NCBI GenBank assembly: GCA_002423485.1
Contig: DIWH01000017.1
Span: forward strand, 61,131-125,130
Length of the DNA stretch: 64,000 nt
Reading direction: 5' to 3'
From: Candidatus Xenobium occultum
GTDB taxonomy: Bacteria > Vulcanimicrobiota > Xenobia > Xenobiales > Xenobiaceae
In this document: one piece after another, positions 59,217-64,000 of the stretch
Layout of the letters: every line of letters starts with the position of its first letter
Position numbering within the stretch: the first letter of the stretch is position 1
The notes under the pieces: generated by a model
Database searches by the model: none
Seen by the model: only the letters and a program-made list of their open reading frames with translations
What the model was told of the DNA's origin: nothing
Program-made: the position numbers and the translations under genes

Positions 59217-61148
59217 ATGACCCAGAACCCGGGCGAAGCCTGGACCATCGAGGACAGTGAGGAACTGTACCGCATCCGCGATTGGGGAGACCCCTATTTC
59301 TCGATCAACTCGGCGGGGCACGTGGTGGTCTCGCCGCAGGGCGAGCGGGGAGGCTCGCTGGACCTCCATGATCTGGTGGGGGCCCTGCAGGCCCGAAACC
59401 TGGGATTGCCTCTGCTGATCCGCTTCCCCGACATCCTTCAGGACCGCATCGACCGCCTCAACTCGGCTTTCGCCCGGGCCATTGCCCGCTACGGCTATCA
59501 GGGGACGTATCGCGGGGTCTTCCCTGTCAAGTGCAATCAGCAGCGCCACCTGGTGGAGAGCCTGGTCCGCTTCGGGCAACGCCATCAGTTTGGCCTGGAG
59601 GCAGGTTCCAAGCCGGAGTTGCTGATCGCCCTGGCCACCCTGAACACGCCTGGAGCGTTGCTGGTCTGCAATGGCTACAAGGATCGCGAGTACCTGGAAA
59701 CCGCGGTGCTGGCCCAGCGTCTGGGCAAGACGGTCCTGCTGGTCCTGGAGCAACTCGACGAGGTGCGGCAGATCATCCAGGTCGTGAAGGATCTCGGGGT
59801 CATGCCGCGCTTGGGGATCCGCGCCAAGCTGGCGACTCGCGGCGAGGGCCGGTGGGGAACTTCGGTGGGGGAGCGCGCCAAGTTCGGCCTCTCGGTCCCC
59901 GAGATCGTGCAGGCCGTCGAGATGCTGCGCCAGGCGGGTCTCCTGGACTGCCTGCAGTTGCTGCACTTCCATATCGGCTCTCAGGTCTCGTCGATCGGGG
60001 TGATCAAGAGCGCCCTGCGTGAGGCCAGCCGGATCTACGTCGAGCTGGCGCGCATGGGGGCGCCGATGCGTTATCTGGACGTCGGCGGCGGGCTGGCCGT
60101 GGACTATGACGGGTCCCGCACCAACTTCTACGCCTCCAAGAACTACAACATCCAGAATTATGCCAACGACGTGGTGGCGGAGGTCAACGACGCCTGCAAC
60201 CAGGCCGGGCTTCCCGTTCCGGTGCTGGTCAGCGAGAGTGGCCGGGCCGTGGCCTCCCACCAGGCGGTGCTGGTCTTCGACGTGCTGGGGTCCAGCCAGG
60301 TCGGACAAGGCCAGCCCCCCCAGCCGGACCCCGAGGCCCACCGGATCCTGATCAACCTCTACGAGACCTGGGCCGGGATCACCCCGGAGAACTACCAGGA
60401 GGCCTATCACGACGCCCTCCAGTTCAAGGAGGAATCGGTCAGCGCGTTCCAGCACGGCCTGCTCACGCTGGTCGGACGGGCCCAGGCGGAGCGTCTCTAT
60501 TGGGCCTGCTGTCAGAGAATCCGGGACATCGTTCGAGGTCTGGAGGAGGTGCCTGAAGAGCTGGATGATCTGGAGAAGGACCTTTCGGCCATCTACTACG
60601 TGAACATGTCGGTCTTCCAGTCCGCCCCGGACGCCTGGGCCATCGACCAGTTGTTCCCCATCATGCCGGTCCACCGGCTGGGCGAGGAGCCTGTGGAGCG
60701 GGTCACGCTGGCGGATCTGACCTGCGATTCGGACGGCAAGATCGACAAGTTCATCGATCTGAAGGACGTCAAGTCGCTTCTGGAGGTTCATCCGTTGAAG
60801 CCCACCACCGAGGCCTCCAGCCGCCTGCCTCATGAACCCTACCTGCTGGGCATGTTCTTGACAGGGGCCTATCAGGAGATCATGGGCAACCTGCACAACC
60901 TCTTCGGCGACACCAACGCGGTCCACATCCGCCTGACTCCCCAGGGCTACCAGATCCAGCACGTCGTGCGCGGGGACACCATGCGAGAGGTGCTGGGTTA
61001 CGTCCAGTACAACTCCGAGGACCTGCTGGAGGAGATGCGCCAGCAGAGCGAGCGGGCCCTGGCCGAGGGCAGCATCAGCCTGGACGAGTCCCAGCGCCTG
61101 CTGCAGAACTATGAGGCCAGCCTGAGCCGCTATACCTACCTGTCCTGA
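59217..61148 (+). CDS. speA: biosynthetic arginine decarboxylase
   Basis: Track ORF. WTIEDSEELYRIRDWGDPYFSIN, GVFPVKCNQQRHLVE (PLP Lys), LHFHIGSQ, LDVGGGLAVDYDG, WAIDQLFPIMP. Confidence 0.95.
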   Translation: MTQNPGEAWTIEDSEELYRIRDWGDPYFSINSAGHVVVSPQGERGGSLDLHDLVGALQARNLGLPLLIRFPDILQDRIDRLNSAFARAIARYGYQGTYRGVFPVKCNQQRHLVESLVRFGQRHQFGLEAGSKPELLIALATLNTPGALLVCNGYKDREYLETAVLAQRLGKTVLLVLEQLDEVRQIIQVVKDLGVMPRLGIRAKLATRGEGRWGTSVGERAKFGLSVPEIVQAVEMLRQAGLLDCLQLLHFHIGSQVSSIGVIKSALREASRIYVELARMGAPMRYLDVGGGLAVDYDGSRTNFYASKNYNIQNYANDVVAEVNDACNQAGLPVPVLVSESGRAVASHQAVLVFDVLGSSQVGQGQPPQPDPEAHRILINLYETWAGITPENYQEAYHDALQFKEESVSAFQHGLLTLVGRAQAERLYWACCQRIRDIVRGLEEVPEELDDLEKDLSAIYYVNMSVFQSAPDAWAIDQLFPIMPVHRLGEEPVERVTLADLTCDSDGKIDKFIDLKDVKSLLEVHPLKPTTEASSRLPHEPYLLGMFLTGAYQEIMGNLHNLFGDTNAVHIRLTPQGYQIQHVVRGDTMREVLGYVQYNSEDLLEEMRQQSERALAEGSISLDESQRLLQNYEASLSRYTYLS

Positions 61149-61150
61149 AA

Positions 61151-61188
61151 AGAGAACCGGGCTGCCCCGAAGGGCAGCCCGGTTCTCT
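61151..61188. terminator. 17-bp perfect hairpin between the convergent speA and S8 protease genes
   Basis: agagaaccgggctgccc-cgaa-gggcagcccggttctct. Confidence 0.7.
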
Positions 61189-61213
61189 CAGGGCCGGCCG
61201 GGCCGGCAACGGG

Positions 61214-62707
61214 TCAGGCGGTGGGCTTCTGGGTGGGCTCGTACTCCATCGTGATCGCGTTGGCGATGTTCAGGCGGGCACCGGTGGCCACCTTGCCCTG
61301 CAGGCTGTCCAGCTTGTCCGCACCCTCCAACAGGCGGGTCTTGATCTCGTCGTTGGACATGGTCGGGTCGGAGGCCAGCAGCAGGCCTGCCGCGCCGGTC
61401 ACGTGAGGCGTGGCCATGGAGGTGCCGCTCTTGTTGGCGTAGCCGCCGCCCGGCACCGTCGAGAAGATCTCGACGCCCGGTGCCGCGATGTCCACGGAAT
61501 TCTCGCCATAGCACGAGAAACTGGCCAGCCGGTCGTTGCGATCCGTGGCCGCCACGGCGACGTTGTTGGGCAGGTCGTAGGAACTGGGGTAGTGCGGGCG
61601 CGTGTCGTTGTTGGACCCGGAGTTCCCTGCAGCCATGATGTGCAGGGCCGGGGAGTTTGTGAAGGCCTCCCGGATGGCCGGGTCGGCGGCCCCGCCGCCC
61701 CAGGAGTTGGAGGTGACGCGCGCACCGTTATTGGTCGCATACAGGATGCCCCGGACGATGGCCGCCGAGTTGGTCGATCCCGAGTCACTGAAGATCTTGA
61801 CCGGCATGATGCGGGCCTGCCAGTTCACGCCGACCACGCCCTGGTCGTTGTTGCCTTCTGCGGCGATGGTGCCGGCGCAGTGGGTGCCGTGGGAGTGACC
61901 GTCCATCGGGTCTCCGGTCTGCGCGAAGGCGTTGTAGCCGTGCACGTCATCGATCACGCCGTTGCCGTCGTTGTCGATCCCGTCGCCAGCGATTTCACCG
62001 GGGTTGGTCCAGATGTTGTTGGCCAGGTCCGGGTGCTTGTAGTCCACACCGGTGTCAATCACGGCAATGAGCGGACCGTTGGGGTTTCCGGTGGTCACGG
62101 CCCAGGCTTCAGGGGCGTCGATATCGGCATCGGGGGTTCCCCCCTTCTGCCCGGTGTTGTGCAGTCCCCACAGCTCCGGTTTGAGATCGTTGGGGGTCTT
62201 CGGAGAGTCTGCAGTGGCGCCCTGCGCGGTGCCGGAGGCGTTCTCGACGGGCGGATCGTCCAGCGTGTAGACGTTGTTGGGCATCACGTACTCGACGCGG
62301 GGATCCTGCTTCATGGCGGCCAGGGCCTGGGCCGTCGTCATCCCTTCCGGCAGCTTCAGGTGCAGCATTTCGCCCCGGAAGTTCTGGTAGATCTCCTTGG
62401 GGAAGTCGAAGCGCTCGAGGACCGTGGCGCCGAAGCGTTGAGCAAAGCTGTTCTGGCTCTTGGTGGGGGGCTGGCTCTTCAGCTTGACCAGGACTTCACC
62501 CGGGACGTGTTCGCCCATGTCGGCTTCCAGGTTCGCAGCCTCTGGGGCCGTGGCCGCCAGGAGTCGCTCCAGGGAACTCTGAGGACGGACCTCGACGGAG
62601 TCCGAGGCGACCTGCGCCGGGGTTGAGGACGCCTGCGCAGCGGGCAGAGCGGTCTGGGCCTGGGGCCGGGCCGAGGGGATGGAAGTCGAGCGGATCTCGG
62701 GAATCAT
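61214..62707 (-). CDS. S8 (subtilisin) family serine peptidase with I9-like propeptide and no obvious Sec signal
   Basis: Inner ATG of ORF 61214..62845, preceded by AAGGAGG. VIDTGVD (Asp), HGTHCAGTIAA (His), GTSMATPHVTGAA (Ser). The N-terminal 60 aa are polar (MIPEIRSTSIPSARPQAQT..). Confidence 0.85.
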   Translation of the reverse strand: MIPEIRSTSIPSARPQAQTALPAAQASSTPAQVASDSVEVRPQSSLERLLAATAPEAANLEADMGEHVPGEVLVKLKSQPPTKSQNSFAQRFGATVLERFDFPKEIYQNFRGEMLHLKLPEGMTTAQALAAMKQDPRVEYVMPNNVYTLDDPPVENASGTAQGATADSPKTPNDLKPELWGLHNTGQKGGTPDADIDAPEAWAVTTGNPNGPLIAVIDTGVDYKHPDLANNIWTNPGEIAGDGIDNDGNGVIDDVHGYNAFAQTGDPMDGHSHGTHCAGTIAAEGNNDQGVVGVNWQARIMPVKIFSDSGSTNSAAIVRGILYATNNGARVTSNSWGGGAADPAIREAFTNSPALHIMAAGNSGSNNDTRPHYPSSYDLPNNVAVAATDRNDRLASFSCYGENSVDIAAPGVEIFSTVPGGGYANKSGTSMATPHVTGAAGLLLASDPTMSNDEIKTRLLEGADKLDSLQGKVATGARLNIANAITMEYEPTQKPTA

Positions 62708-62947
62708 GAAGCCTCCTTGGGCGCAGTTCGCCTCTATCCTGATAGTAGGCAACCGGCTCCCCTCCCATGTGAGCGTTCTGTAAACAGATGGGCCAGGTCT
62801 TTTGTCTGGAAAAAGAAACAACCCCTGCCGGTCGGGGGGGGGCACCCGGCAGGGGTCGCTTGCAAGGCCATGATAGCACGTGTCGGGGTGGCCAGCCCAG
62901 AGGACGTCCGTCCTGTCTGGGGGGACATTCGTCCCGGGACGAATGTT

Positions 62948-64000
62948 CTATCTGGCTGCCGCCTCGGTGTGGCCCGACTTCCAGCGGTCAATCACCCGGT
63001 CGTAGTGGTCGATCACCTGACGGACGAAGCGGCGGCGTTCGTTGTAGGGGCCCGGGAAGAAGCTGCGCTTGAATCCGTAGACGATGGTGTTGCGCAGTTG
63101 CTTGAGGTCCATGTCGAAGGCCTCGATGGCCAACTGCAGCTCTCTCGAGACGGTCGTGTGGCTGACCAGGCGGTTGTCCGTGCATAGGGTGGCCGAGAGG
63201 TTCTCAGCCAGCATGCGGCCCAGCACATGGTTCTTCACCGTCTTGATGGTGGGGTTGGTCTGAAGGTTGGAGGTGATGCAGACCTCGATGGTGATCCGCC
63301 GATCGGCGATGTAGCGGGCCAGTCGCCGGACGTACTCGTCGGGGTCTGCCACTCCCGGGCCGCACAGCTCCGGTGAGAAGAGGTGATAACCATGCCCGAT
63401 GCGGTCGGCATGCAGGTCCGTGATGGCCTGGAAGATGCTCTCCGGGCCGTAGGCTTCTCCGGCGTGCACGGTCTTGTGCATGAAGCTCCGATGCACGAAG
63501 TCGTAGGCCTCCTGGTGGTCGCTGGCGGGATAGCCGTCCTCGCGGCCGGCCAGGTCGAAGCCCACGATCGGCAGGCCCTCCTCATCCCGGGCCCGGACGG
63601 AAGCGCGGGCCAGCTCCAGGGAGGCCAGGCCGAAGACCTGCTCGGGAGGGGCTTCCTGGAAGGTGTCCACGATTCGGGCAAACCAATCCGAGAAGCCGCG
63701 GGTGAAGAAGCGCATGGCGCACACGATGATGCCGTAATGGAAGGCGGGCTCGCCCTGTTCGGCGACGGCCGGCGACAGGCGATGCTCGTCCTGGGCCCTG
63801 CGCAGGCCGCGATCGACGGCCCGAAGGACCTCCCGGAAGGAGAGGTCCTTGTGGGTGTGCAGTTGGGGAGCGAAACGCACCTCGATGTAGCGGACGCCCT
63901 CGTCGATGTTGTCCCAGGCCAGCTCGTAGGCGATGCGTTCCAAGGCCTCGGCGTCCTTCATGACGGCGCCGGTGAGGGCAAAGCCGTGAAGGTACTCGGC
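62948..64000 (-). CDS. add: adenosine deaminase, C-terminal ~350 aa (5' end beyond window)
   Basis: ORF 62948..63961 continues upstream in frame to the window edge (..AEYLHGFALTGAVMKDAEALERIAYE). TVHAGEAYG, IGHGYHL, EVCITSN, TLCTDNRLVS. Confidence 0.85.
   Translation of the reverse strand, partial: AEYLHGFALTGAVMKDAEALERIAYELAWDNIDEGVRYIEVRFAPQLHTHKDLSFREVLRAVDRGLRRAQDEHRLSPAVAEQGEPAFHYGIIVCAMRFFTRGFSDWFARIVDTFQEAPPEQVFGLASLELARASVRARDEEGLPIVGFDLAGREDGYPASDHQEAYDFVHRSFMHKTVHAGEAYGPESIFQAITDLHADRIGHGYHLFSPELCGPGVADPDEYVRRLARYIADRRITIEVCITSNLQTNPTIKTVKNHVLGRMLAENLSATLCTDNRLVSHTTVSRELQLAIEAFDMDLKQLRNTIVYGFKRSFFPGPYNERRRFVRQVIDHYDRVIDRWKSGHTEAAAR

Noticed and set aside
1-64000. tRNA, rRNA, integrase and transposase genes
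   Set aside because: I scanned for T-loop strings (GGTTCGAAT / GTTCGATTC) and for recombinase-like translations. The only gggttcgatg hit (about 57040) lies inside pepT, and no recombinase motifs were seen in any frame.

Overview
Visibly GC-rich bacterial chromosomal segment (GC not computed). Third codon positions are mostly G/C, which creates many long spurious antisense ORFs in the track. I call about 60 protein genes on both strands. I found no rRNA, tRNA or CRISPR array. Housekeeping anchors are rpsO-pnp, dinG-bcp, htpG, pepT, speA, malQ, add (partial), a MacAB-type efflux operon, a GlpT/UhpC-like MFS transporter, two ECF sigma/anti-sigma modules and a GAF histidine kinase. Accessory content is envelope-biased: three GT39/ArnT-like membrane glycosyltransferases next to Kelch, NHL and YVTN beta-propeller proteins, and an ABC-2 exporter operon carrying a His-rich repeat protein. 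The most unusual observations are: (1) a ~3.9 kb islet (10869-14730) bracketed by 161-nt direct repeats that are the 3' end of a hexapeptide acetyltransferase gene. It carries a RelE/ParE TA pair, HigA with a decayed HigB, decayed ORFs and secreted/membrane cargo, with no recognisable recombinase. (2) The same 3'-end-duplication architecture on a smaller scale at 896-2277, plus a ~93-nt intergenic repeat carrying GGGAAAC direct repeats. (3) An uncharacterised same-strand operon of a GroES-like protein, a truncated Hsp90-like GHKL ATPase and a small beta-rich protein (20839-23270), separate from the canonical htpG. (4) An orphan DUF5706/Pycsar-effector-like membrane protein. (5) A catalytically degenerate ABC ATPase coupled to an ECF sigma/anti-sigma pair. 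(6) Tandem-repeat-encoded tails in PNPase and in the His-rich protein. All functional calls rest on motif recognition by eye, not on database searches.
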